Made by a program: the position numbers and the translations under genes
Shown here: in pieces, positions 28,970-37,332 of the stretch
Layout: each line of letters starts with the position of its first letter
How positions within the stretch are numbered: position 1 is the stretch's first letter
Origin: Actinomycetota bacterium
Lineage (GTDB): Bacteria > Actinomycetota > Actinomycetes > Nanopelagicales > Nanopelagicaceae
Length of the DNA: 40,660 bases
Assembly (NCBI GenBank): GCA_005793655.1
Contig: SXRC01000025.1
Span: forward strand, 1-40,660
Direction: 5' to 3'
The notes under the pieces: model-generated
What the model saw: only the letters and a program-made list of their open reading frames with translations
The model's database searches: none
Told to the model about the DNA's origin: nothing

Positions 28970-29073
28970 TGCTTTACCTTATCACCAGATTATTATTACT
29001 GGAAAAAAAGATGTCATACGATGGGATGTAGCCATCATTTCCTCAGCCTGAACTTGGTATAAATACGCTGAAT

Positions 29074-29502
29074 TTAACTCAACGCCGCATCAAGAGTAAT
29101 TATTGCACTTGAGTACAGTTTTGAAACCGGACAGGTTAGCTTTGCTTTCTCCGCCAAGATTTTAAACTCATCATTTGTCATCTCTTGCTTGGAACCACGA
29201 ACTGTCAGGTGAATTTCGCTGATCCAAAACCCATCTGATCTTTGTTCGAGAGTAACTTTGGCACTCGTCTCAACGACTCCGGGTGCACTACCTGCCCCTT
29301 CAATCAAATCTGATAACGCCATTGAAAAACAGCCAGCATGAGCTGCGCCAATTAACTCCTCAGGGTTTGTCATAGTTACTTCTTCAATGCGAGATTTCAG
29401 GGAAAATGGTAATGATTCACCATTCTTTCCTAATTTCATGGACCCAGTGCCTGTTGGGACTGATCCGCTCCAGATTGCACTTGCATGTTTAAGAAATTTC
29501 AT
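29074..29502 (-). CDS. osmC: OsmC-family peroxiredoxin
   Basis: NPEELIGAAHAGCFSMAL and AKLTCPVSK two-Cys motifs. Start ATG 29502 (alternative 29520). Confidence 0.88.
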   Translation of the reverse strand: MKFLKHASAIWSGSVPTGTGSMKLGKNGESLPFSLKSRIEEVTMTNPEELIGAAHAGCFSMALSDLIEGAGSAPGVVETSAKVTLEQRSDGFWISEIHLTVRGSKQEMTNDEFKILAEKAKLTCPVSKLYSSAIITLDAALS

Positions 29503-29523
29503 TTTTGCGATACCTTTCATGAC

Positions 29524-30309
29524 ATGAAACCAGGCGAAGTATTTACTGCCACTACCTTACTGCCAGAAGATATCGTAATGCGCGGGCAAGGCCAGTGCTT
29601 TAATCTCATAAACTCTCATCCGTACGCAGAAGCTATGACGGCAACTGAAATACACCTGACCGGTAACTCTTCACCTAAAGGCTCCGATCAGAACACCACA
29701 CTGATATTTGTGCGCTCTGGAAGTGCCAATTTAGAAGTTATGGGGCGAGCTGGGGATAACGCAAATGTCTCTCTTAAAGTAGAGGCAGGACATGCCATTC
29801 AAATACGAAGTGGTGAAACATTCATTTGGACCTTTGCAGATAATTTAATCGCCTTAGAGGTGCGCATCCCTGACTCCTCTGGGCCTTATGGCCGAAAGCA
29901 AACTCGGGCTGCCGCAAATTTCACTCGATCTGTAGTGCAGGGCAGAAATGTGAAAGCAGATGCAACCTCTGATCGACAGTTTGAGGTAATTTTTGATGCA
30001 AGTAATGGTTCATCTGATGCAACAATGTTTGTTGGTTTCATTCCACCCTCTGGAGCACCTTCCCACTATCACCTCTATGATGAGATTTGTTATATTCTGC
30101 GCGGCAATGGTGAGTTTAAATCAGGTGATCAAAGTCAATTACTCGCTGCTGGATCGGCTTTTGCAGTGGTGCCAAGATTGCTTCACGCCCTTTCAAATAC
30201 TGCCCAAGAAAATCTCTGGTTACTTGGCGTATTTCGACCTGAGGGCTCACCAGCTGCTGCTTATTACCCAGATGGCAAACCGGCTCCGGGCTACTCCGAA
30301 TCAGATTAA
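29524..30309 (+). CDS. Cupin-domain protein (probably two cupin repeats, metal site in the C-terminal one)
   Basis: PSHYHLYDEICYILRGNG...PRLLHAL cupin motifs. Start reassigned to ATG 29524, 7 nt after TACCTT. Confidence 0.8.
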   Translation: MKPGEVFTATTLLPEDIVMRGQGQCFNLINSHPYAEAMTATEIHLTGNSSPKGSDQNTTLIFVRSGSANLEVMGRAGDNANVSLKVEAGHAIQIRSGETFIWTFADNLIALEVRIPDSSGPYGRKQTRAAANFTRSVVQGRNVKADATSDRQFEVIFDASNGSSDATMFVGFIPPSGAPSHYHLYDEICYILRGNGEFKSGDQSQLLAAGSAFAVVPRLLHALSNTAQENLWLLGVFRPEGSPAAAYYPDGKPAPGYSESD

Positions 30310-30333
30310 TATCAGCCAGCGAAGGAAGGTATC

Positions 30334-31488
30334 TTGACCACCATTGATTTAGCATCAAAGTATCGATCAGAGTTTCCACTGTTTGAAAAACTAACCTATG
30401 TGAACTCTTGTTCCCATGGCGCGCTGGCCAACTCAGTAAAGCAATCCTTCACAACCTACATCTCAACGCTGGAAGAAAAAGGTTCAGCTTGGAATGATTG
30501 GGTGACTCAGCAAGAAATTGTCCGTAAATTGATGGCGCAATTTTTGTCAGCTAAACCAGAGGAAATAGCTATCACAACCTCTGCCTCGGCTGGGATAAAT
30601 GCGCTGGCTACCTCACTTAATTTTAAGGGTAAGCGAAATAAAATAATTACCACCAATAATGAGTTTCCAACAATGGGTCAAATATGGCATGCACAAGAAT
30701 CTCGTGGCGCAAAAGTAATTCATATTCCCAACAACGCTGACTTAACTGTAGATACAAAATCGCTTATTGATGCCATCGATGAAAAGACCCTGCTAGTTGC
30801 AATAGCCCATGTTTGCTATAGAAATGGTGTTCGTACAGATATACAACCGATAATTGAAGCTGCTCATAAAATAGGTGCGTTAGTTATTTTAGATGCCTAC
30901 CAATCAATTGGATCATTATCTCTTAATGTAAATGAGATTAAGGCTGACATAATTGTGGGCGGTTTACAGAAATATATGCTTGCTGTTCCCGGAGTTGGCT
31001 TTATGTATGCCAGAGGGAGCACAACTAGCGCATTAATTCCAACCGTCACGGGTTGGTTTGCAGCCCAAGACATATTCGCAATGAAAATTGATGCCTACCA
31101 GCCGGCAGCCCATGCCCGAAGATTTGAGAATGGCACCCCTAATATTGCTCCTCTTTATCCAGCAACTGCGGGCTTGGAATTAATCCTTGAAGTTGGAATC
31201 TTAAATATTGAAAAATATGTGGCTGAAATCCACTCGGAGATAAGAGCTGGAATTACTGAAATCGGTGGCAAGGTGGTAACTCCGATCGACTCGAAATTTC
31301 ATGGCTCACTCCTAGCTGTGGCATCTACTGATGAAAATGCCCATGTGGCAGCGTTAGAGGAGATCGGAATCATTACTTCTTGTCGCGACGGCAATGTGAG
31401 AATCTCCCCTCATTTCTACAATAACCGTGAAGATGTAAAAAAAATAATTGATGGATTCTATAAAACAAAATCACTCCTAAAAAAATAG
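30334..31488 (+). CDS. PLP-dependent class V aminotransferase-fold enzyme (kynureninase/cysteine-desulfurase-like)
   Basis: YVNSCSHGA, DAYQSIG, GGLQKY, GWFA, RRFENGTP, RISPHFYN. TTG start with SD GAAGGAAGG. Confidence 0.85.
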   Translation: MTTIDLASKYRSEFPLFEKLTYVNSCSHGALANSVKQSFTTYISTLEEKGSAWNDWVTQQEIVRKLMAQFLSAKPEEIAITTSASAGINALATSLNFKGKRNKIITTNNEFPTMGQIWHAQESRGAKVIHIPNNADLTVDTKSLIDAIDEKTLLVAIAHVCYRNGVRTDIQPIIEAAHKIGALVILDAYQSIGSLSLNVNEIKADIIVGGLQKYMLAVPGVGFMYARGSTTSALIPTVTGWFAAQDIFAMKIDAYQPAAHARRFENGTPNIAPLYPATAGLELILEVGILNIEKYVAEIHSEIRAGITEIGGKVVTPIDSKFHGSLLAVASTDENAHVAALEEIGIITSCRDGNVRISPHFYNNREDVKKIIDGFYKTKSLLKK

Positions 31489-31493
31489 CATTT

Positions 31494-32954
31494 ATGACAA
31501 AAAATGTTGTCGAATCGCACAAACTTTCTAAAAATCTATTAATTTCCAGGGTCATCACGGGCCTTTGGCAAATTGCTGATATGGAAAAAAATGGAAATAC
31601 TCTTGATCCGGTAAAAACAGCAAAATTAATGTCCCCATATGTTGATGCTGGACTCCATACATTTGATATGGCAGATCATTATGGATCAGCCGAGATAATT
31701 GCAGGGACGTTTAAGAAATTTGAGGCATTAGGTAAGAAAGCCAGATTACTTACCAAATGGGTCCCCCAACCAGGCCCAGTCTCCCGAGCGCAGGTGCGAA
31801 GCGCAGTTGAAAATCGATTGGAACGTTTAAAAAGTAAAAAAGTAGATTTGCTTCAGTATCACGCTTGGAGTTTTGCCAATCCTTTTTGGCTCGATGCTTT
31901 AATTTATCTTCAGGAACTAAAAGAGGAGGGCCTTATAGGTGCACTTGGTACTACTAATTTTGATACCGCTCATTTAAGAATTGCAAAATCAACTGGAATT
32001 GATATTGTTTCAAACCAAATCTCTTTTTCCTTAGTCGATAGAAGAGGGGCTGGTCAAATGGCTGATTACTGTTCAAATAATTCAATTTCCATTTTGGCTT
32101 ATGGAACACTATGTGGTGGCTTTATTTCGCAAAAATGGCTGGGTAAATCAGAGCCTGAACAAGATGGCTTATCCAACTGGTCATTAATGAAGTATAAAAG
32201 GTTTATCGATGCGGCTGGTGGATGGGAAAAATTTCAGAATTTACTGGAGGTTCTAAATAAAATAAGTCAAGAAACAAATCGCTCAATAGCAACCCTGGCC
32301 AGTAAATTTCAACTTACTCAAAAAGCTGTTGGTGCAGTGATTATTGGTGCGAGATTAGGTGAAAATATGCATCTTAAGGACGCCTCCTCATTATTTACTT
32401 TTGATTTAAAGGAGAAACAAATAAAGAAAATTCAAGAAGCAACTGATCTACTTGATCCCATTACTGGTGACTGTGGTGATGAGTACCGAAAGACTCCTTA
32501 TTTGACCGCCTCAGGGGATTTAAGTCACCATCTGGATAACTTTCCTCCTGTTTATCAACCTGTGAAAAATATGGGTACTCGTCAAATAAACTCGGGAACT
32601 CTATGGGAGGGCCTAGCTGGATACTCCCGCGCAGTGCAAGTTGGTAATAGAGTTTTGATCTCAGGGACTACCGCAACCCATGGAGAGCTTGTTATTGGTA
32701 AAAATGATCCAATTGCACAGACGCATTTTATAATTGACAAAATTGAGTCTTCACTGGAATCTCTCGGTGCTAAATTATCAGATGTCGTGCGCACTCGAGT
32801 ATTTGTTAGAAAGGGTAAGGGTTGGAAGGGTGCACTGTTAGCCCATGGCGAAAGATTTGCCAACATAAAACCTGCAAACACAACTTTTTTTGCTGACTTG
32901 ATAGGCGATGAATATCTTGTTGAAATTGAAGCAGAAGCTCAAATTCAGCAGTGA
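31494..32954 (+). CDS. Aldo/keto reductase fused to a C-terminal Rid-family domain
   Basis: GLWQ, FDMADHYG, TKWVP, DLLQYHAW, GTTNFD, IIGARL, followed by WEGLAGYSRAVQVGNRVLISGTT...LVEIEAEA. Confidence 0.85.
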   Translation: MTKNVVESHKLSKNLLISRVITGLWQIADMEKNGNTLDPVKTAKLMSPYVDAGLHTFDMADHYGSAEIIAGTFKKFEALGKKARLLTKWVPQPGPVSRAQVRSAVENRLERLKSKKVDLLQYHAWSFANPFWLDALIYLQELKEEGLIGALGTTNFDTAHLRIAKSTGIDIVSNQISFSLVDRRGAGQMADYCSNNSISILAYGTLCGGFISQKWLGKSEPEQDGLSNWSLMKYKRFIDAAGGWEKFQNLLEVLNKISQETNRSIATLASKFQLTQKAVGAVIIGARLGENMHLKDASSLFTFDLKEKQIKKIQEATDLLDPITGDCGDEYRKTPYLTASGDLSHHLDNFPPVYQPVKNMGTRQINSGTLWEGLAGYSRAVQVGNRVLISGTTATHGELVIGKNDPIAQTHFIIDKIESSLESLGAKLSDVVRTRVFVRKGKGWKGALLAHGERFANIKPANTTFFADLIGDEYLVEIEAEAQIQQ

Positions 32955-33991
32955 AAAAGGTACATATTGCAGACAATTATGAAATCTCCCCAGTAATCAA
33001 AGGTGGGTGGCAGTTAAGTTCAGGGCACTCATTAAATAAAGAAATCACAAACGAACAAGCACTTTTAGATACAGCAGAATTTGTAGAATCTGGTATCTCT
33101 ACTCTTGATTTTGGCGACATTTATACCGGGGTGGAGGATCTAATAGGTAAAGTCTTGATCCGCCTCACCGATAAATATGGATCGAAGGCTAGAGATAAAT
33201 TACAACTTCACACAAAATATGTGCCAAATGAATCTAAATTAGATCATTTTGATCACCATGATGTAAAAAATATTGTAAATCGATCTCTCGATAGGTTAGG
33301 AGTTGAGTGTATTGATTTAGTGCAATTTCACTGGTGGAAATACGAGGCAAAACATTATCTTCATGCTTTGGAAGAGTTATTTAACTTAAAAAGTGATGGA
33401 AAAATTCGGCATATTGGTGTTACTAATTTTGATGTAGAACGATTAAGTGAAATGGTAGACGCTGGACTAAAACCTGCAACCATTCAGCTCCAATATTCAA
33501 TAATCGACGGCAGGGCTGAAACCGATATGGCAGATTTCTGCCTGGAAAATGAAATTAGTATCCTTTGCTACGGCACTGTCGCTGGTGGATTCTTCTCAGA
33601 AAAATATCTTGGAGCTTCAGATCCAACTACATTTGAGACAAGATCAAACATGAAGTACAGATTAATCATTGAGGAGTTTGGTGGTTGGGTTGTCTTTCAA
33701 AAACTTCTTGAAGCATTACATGTTATTGCTCAAAAACATAATACCGATATTGGTACAGTTGCAGCTGCTTATGTATATAACCAACCTGCCGTAAAGGCAG
33801 TGATCATCGGTGCTAGAAATATAGAACATTTAAATTCCAATTTACAAATACCACTTATAAAATTTGATGAGGAAGAAATACAGAGTATAAAAGATATTAA
33901 GGCTCGAGCAAAGGGCCCAAAGGGCCCAGTTTATTTTCTGGAGAGGTACGACGACAAACATAGAAACATAATGCACACCAACAATAATTAA
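32951..33991 (+). CDS. Aldo/keto reductase
   Basis: GGWQL, DFGDIYTGVE, HTKYVP, DLVQFHWW, GVTNFD, VIIGAR. GTGA overlap with the upstream gene. Confidence 0.9.
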   Translation: MKKVHIADNYEISPVIKGGWQLSSGHSLNKEITNEQALLDTAEFVESGISTLDFGDIYTGVEDLIGKVLIRLTDKYGSKARDKLQLHTKYVPNESKLDHFDHHDVKNIVNRSLDRLGVECIDLVQFHWWKYEAKHYLHALEELFNLKSDGKIRHIGVTNFDVERLSEMVDAGLKPATIQLQYSIIDGRAETDMADFCLENEISILCYGTVAGGFFSEKYLGASDPTTFETRSNMKYRLIIEEFGGWVVFQKLLEALHVIAQKHNTDIGTVAAAYVYNQPAVKAVIIGARNIEHLNSNLQIPLIKFDEEEIQSIKDIKARAKGPKGPVYFLERYDDKHRNIMHTNNN

Positions 33992-34293
33992 GTTAAATCA
34001 CTAGCTTTTAAATTAACACTTCTTATTCTCTCAATTTTCATAATCATCTTTTCCTCTGGATCTGGACAAGCAACTAGTGAGTCTTGTTCCAACCAGTCAT
34101 CAGCGGCCATTTTACGTTGCTTGGCTGGTAACAAGGGCAGAACTGAGGCGATTGCATACATGCAAAAATGTTTATTGTTAGGTATTCGCAATTCGGCGCT
34201 ATTAGTAACTTCAAAATAATCACCAGGTTTAAGACCACAGACAGATCTGCCGCTGATGCTATCGACTGTAATTCGTAAGTCAAAAATTTCCAT
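33988..34293 (-). CDS. Small Cys-containing protein, TIGR04076-like
   Basis: VCGLKPGDYF, FCMYAIASVLPLLPAKQR, CPDP. Start ATG 34293 lies 6 nt after a perfect TATAAT. Confidence 0.75.
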   Translation of the reverse strand: MEIFDLRITVDSISGRSVCGLKPGDYFEVTNSAELRIPNNKHFCMYAIASVLPLLPAKQRKMAADDWLEQDSLVACPDPEEKMIMKIERIRSVNLKASDLT

Positions 34294-34395
34294 ACGAAAA
34301 TTATATGTCAGAATGTAAAGTTTTGTAATACATTTAAGCAAAGGCACTGGAATTTGATAAGCCAAAGCACAATTTGATGTATTTTTTTACTCCGT

Positions 34396-35661
34396 TTAGG
34401 TTACTGAGCTTGAAGTCAAAGAGATTTTTTTATAGTCACCCGACTCAACTAGCTCTTTAAGTCTGTAGAAGCCATCATATATTTCAGTAAAAGATGTTGG
34501 AAGAGCTGAAAAAGAAAATCGTATGCCATTTGGCTCTCGGTAATCTGGAAAAACTTTCTTCATTTTTCTTAAGGCGACTGCTATTTGTGCCCCATCTGGA
34601 TGGGTGATGATGATATGACCACACCTTTTATTTCTCTCTCTTGGTGTAGTCAAGGAAAAACCCAGAGGAATTAACCATTCATCAAACAAAGAAATCATAA
34701 AGTCAGTGCCTTTTAAACATTTTTCTTGAATCAAATCCATTGTTGCTTCCTCGATCATTTCGAAACCACTTTTCACAGAGCGTAAGCCCAGAATTGATGG
34801 TGTGGAAATTTGAAAGCCGCGAATGCTCTCAGATTTTTCAAAGACGGGCCCCATCTCAAATTGATTTTTTACGCCAAACCATCCGCGTATTGGCACATCC
34901 AATTTACTTTGAAGCTCAGAGGAAACATATAACCAGCCAGGGGCTCCTGGTCCTGAATTGCCATACTTATATGTGCAGCCAACCGCCAAGCCAATTTGAT
35001 TCTGATCAAACTGTAAATTGACTGAGCCAAGAGCATGTGAGCAATCCCAAAGCATCAAAGCACCATTTTTGATTACCATGCTTTCAATTTCAGCATAATT
35101 ATTTAATCCACCAGATCGATATTGAATAATTTGAAGAGTCACAAGCGCAACATCACTATCTAAATATTTGCTCAATAGATCCGGTGTAATAATTTCACCC
35201 TCCGAAAGAGATGTATCTTCATTTTCAATATAGATCAATTCCATACCAAGCTCCTTTGCAATACCCTCCATCGCATACCGATCGCTAGGAAAATTAGCGC
35301 GATCTGTCAGGATTTTTTTACGGTTTGGATTTGATTTGATGGCAGCCCAAGCTAGCTGATACAGATTAATTGTGTTTGTATCTATTGCAAGTGTTTGGCC
35401 AGGAGCAGCACCTAGAGCTGAGCGACCAATTAAGTCACCAACACGTTCAGCTTCATCGATCCAATCAGCCCAACCGCCGACAATATGCTTGCCCCACTCA
35501 TTTGTCAGGAGATTATTAAGATCTAGCACTGTTTTGTTGGGTAATCTGCCTAATGAATTTCCATCCAAATAACAGACAGACTCATCATCAATGTAAAAAA
35601 GTTTCTTATATTTTTTCAGGGGATCCATCTCATCAAGTTTTACTGCAACTGAGCGATCCAT
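34396..35661 (-). CDS. kynU: Kynureninase
   Basis: YLDGNSLGR, NFPSDRY, WDCSHALG, GCTYKYGNSGPGAP, GWFG, DYREPNGIR. Confidence 0.92.
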   Translation of the reverse strand: MDRSVAVKLDEMDPLKKYKKLFYIDDESVCYLDGNSLGRLPNKTVLDLNNLLTNEWGKHIVGGWADWIDEAERVGDLIGRSALGAAPGQTLAIDTNTINLYQLAWAAIKSNPNRKKILTDRANFPSDRYAMEGIAKELGMELIYIENEDTSLSEGEIITPDLLSKYLDSDVALVTLQIIQYRSGGLNNYAEIESMVIKNGALMLWDCSHALGSVNLQFDQNQIGLAVGCTYKYGNSGPGAPGWLYVSSELQSKLDVPIRGWFGVKNQFEMGPVFEKSESIRGFQISTPSILGLRSVKSGFEMIEEATMDLIQEKCLKGTDFMISLFDEWLIPLGFSLTTPRERNKRCGHIIITHPDGAQIAVALRKMKKVFPDYREPNGIRFSFSALPTSFTEIYDGFYRLKELVESGDYKKISLTSSSVT

Positions 35662-35755
35662 AAATCAAAGTATAGAGGATACGGCAAATGAATAATACCT
35701 AATTGATTTTATTGATATCAGTGCAAATTCTAATTATCTATGCAAGACTGCAGTC

Positions 35756-36490
35756 ATGGATAAGAAAGTTGTGGTTATAACTGGAGCGGCTGGCGGAATG
35801 GGAAGAGCAATCACGGCCAGGTTAGTGAAGGATAACTTCCAAATAATGGCTTTAGATATAAATGAAAGTGGCCTTGAAAAGCTTACGGATGATTTTCCAT
35901 TGAGTATCTTTCCCTATAAGGTTGATTTGACCGATGTTGCTGCAATCAGTGATGCATTTATGACAGTTAACACAAAATTTGGTGGAGTTGATGCCTTAGT
36001 TAATAATGCTGGAAATTGTTATATGTCGGAATTTCCAAATATTCCTTCAGATGAGTTTAATTTACAGATGGCTGTTAACTTTTCATCTGCATTTTATTGC
36101 TCTCAAGAAGCGGTCAAATCCATGCTGAAACGTCCAGGGATCAAAAAAATTGTGAACATATCCTCAAATGGTGCCTACAATTTTGATGTATTTGATCCAC
36201 CACATTATCGAGCCAGCAAAGCAGCGATGGACACATTAACTAAGGACTTAGCAAGGCGCTATGCCAATCAAAGCATATGCGTAAATTCAATTGCCCCTGC
36301 AATGACTGAATCTCCACTCTTTGATGTTTTAAGTAAAGATGTATTAGATAAGGCTATATCTCAAATGCCAAGAGGTAGAGCGATGAAACCAGATGAAATA
36401 GCAGCATGGGTCGGATTTTTAATCTCTCCTGCGGGGGATGTTTCAAGTGGGAATGTCATCATATTGAATCAAGGTCGAGATGTTCGGTAA
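35756..36490 (+). CDS. SDR family oxidoreductase
   Basis: TGAAGGMG, NNAG, YRASK, VNSIAP. Confidence 0.9.
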   Translation: MDKKVVVITGAAGGMGRAITARLVKDNFQIMALDINESGLEKLTDDFPLSIFPYKVDLTDVAAISDAFMTVNTKFGGVDALVNNAGNCYMSEFPNIPSDEFNLQMAVNFSSAFYCSQEAVKSMLKRPGIKKIVNISSNGAYNFDVFDPPHYRASKAAMDTLTKDLARRYANQSICVNSIAPAMTESPLFDVLSKDVLDKAISQMPRGRAMKPDEIAAWVGFLISPAGDVSSGNVIILNQGRDVR

Positions 36491-36501
36491 CATTAATAAT
36501 C

Positions 36502-37266
36502 TTATTTATATAGATCAGGCGCCTTCTTTAATTCTTTCCATTGTTGGGGCCCGTGGCCGTAGATTACCATTGCATTTTTTTGCCTAGCTAATTCAAGGAT
36601 TCGGTTTGCACTGTTAATTGCTTGCTCAGGATTGGTTGCATCCAGACAACCCTCTGCTATCTCAGATTCCCTAGAAATAGCATCACTTGTTAAAAGGATT
36701 GACCCACTCTCAGGTAATTTAAGGAGGATAGACAGTTCACCTGGGGTATGGCCTGGGACATGCAGAATTTCAAAATTCTCACCCAAGATAGTGTCCTCTG
36801 TAATTAAAACATAATCTTCCTCAGGCCATTCCAACGGTTTCTTACCCCGCCAGTAAATTGGTTTTTCTAGGTCACGCTCTTCTTTCCCAATGATAATTGG
36901 AACATTGGGGAAACTTCCAATATTTCCAACGTGGTCAATATGAGTATGAGTAATTACTACATAATCTAAATCATCTTTAGATATACCAAGTTTTGCTAAC
37001 TGGGCCACTGGTTGATTTTCATAAGTCAGCTCAAGAAGCTCACCAAACTCGCCAAGATTATCCTCAGTTGAGGCCATCTGAATATCTTTTGCATACTTTT
37101 CTGGAAAACCTGTATCAATTAAAACTTTTTCACCTGCACTAGTTTCGACTAGAAAACCAGGGATGCCTATGATTCTGCCGTTTGAATGCACGGTAAAAAG
37201 CCCAAAATTTAAAACTGCAAGTGAGACTGGATGGCCTGATAATTTCTTAAGGATTTTCTCACGCAT
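36502..37266 (-). CDS. Metallo-beta-lactamase-fold hydrolase, N-acyl-homoserine-lactonase-like
   Basis: LIDTG, THTHIDHVG (HxHxDH), PGHTPG, TSDA, YGHGP. Confidence 0.8.
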   Translation of the reverse strand: MREKILKKLSGHPVSLAVLNFGLFTVHSNGRIIGIPGFLVETSAGEKVLIDTGFPEKYAKDIQMASTEDNLGEFGELLELTYENQPVAQLAKLGISKDDLDYVVITHTHIDHVGNIGSFPNVPIIIGKEERDLEKPIYWRGKKPLEWPEEDYVLITEDTILGENFEILHVPGHTPGELSILLKLPESGSILLTSDAISRESEIAEGCLDATNPEQAINSANRILELARQKNAMVIYGHGPQQWKELKKAPDLYK

Positions 37267-37332
37267 AATATTTCTAAGATTACTCTATTTCTTATCAGTT
37301 CAAAGGATCTCACATTCGGCTACGCTTAGGTC

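Larger units (their letters stand above)
1..37300. other. Putative tRNA-anchored accessory catabolic island (indole/tryptophan/anthranilate-CoA degradation)
   Basis: Starts right after a tRNA 3' end. Contains only catabolic enzymes, several resembling proteobacterial types. Housekeeping genes resume at galT/dnaG. No integrase or att repeat seen, so the boundaries are approximate. Confidence 0.55.

Noticed and set aside
29485-29523. Longer ORF-track starts (29485 cupin; also 999, 10894, 14479, 14580, 34365)
   Set aside because: The extensions overlap neighbouring genes or promoters, while downstream starts have SD or -10 support and match the domain starts.
37267-37332. Possible att direct repeat of the tRNA 3' end at the right island boundary
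   Set aside because: Only CTCACA (6 nt) matches, which is chance level. No integrase or transposase is in the window.
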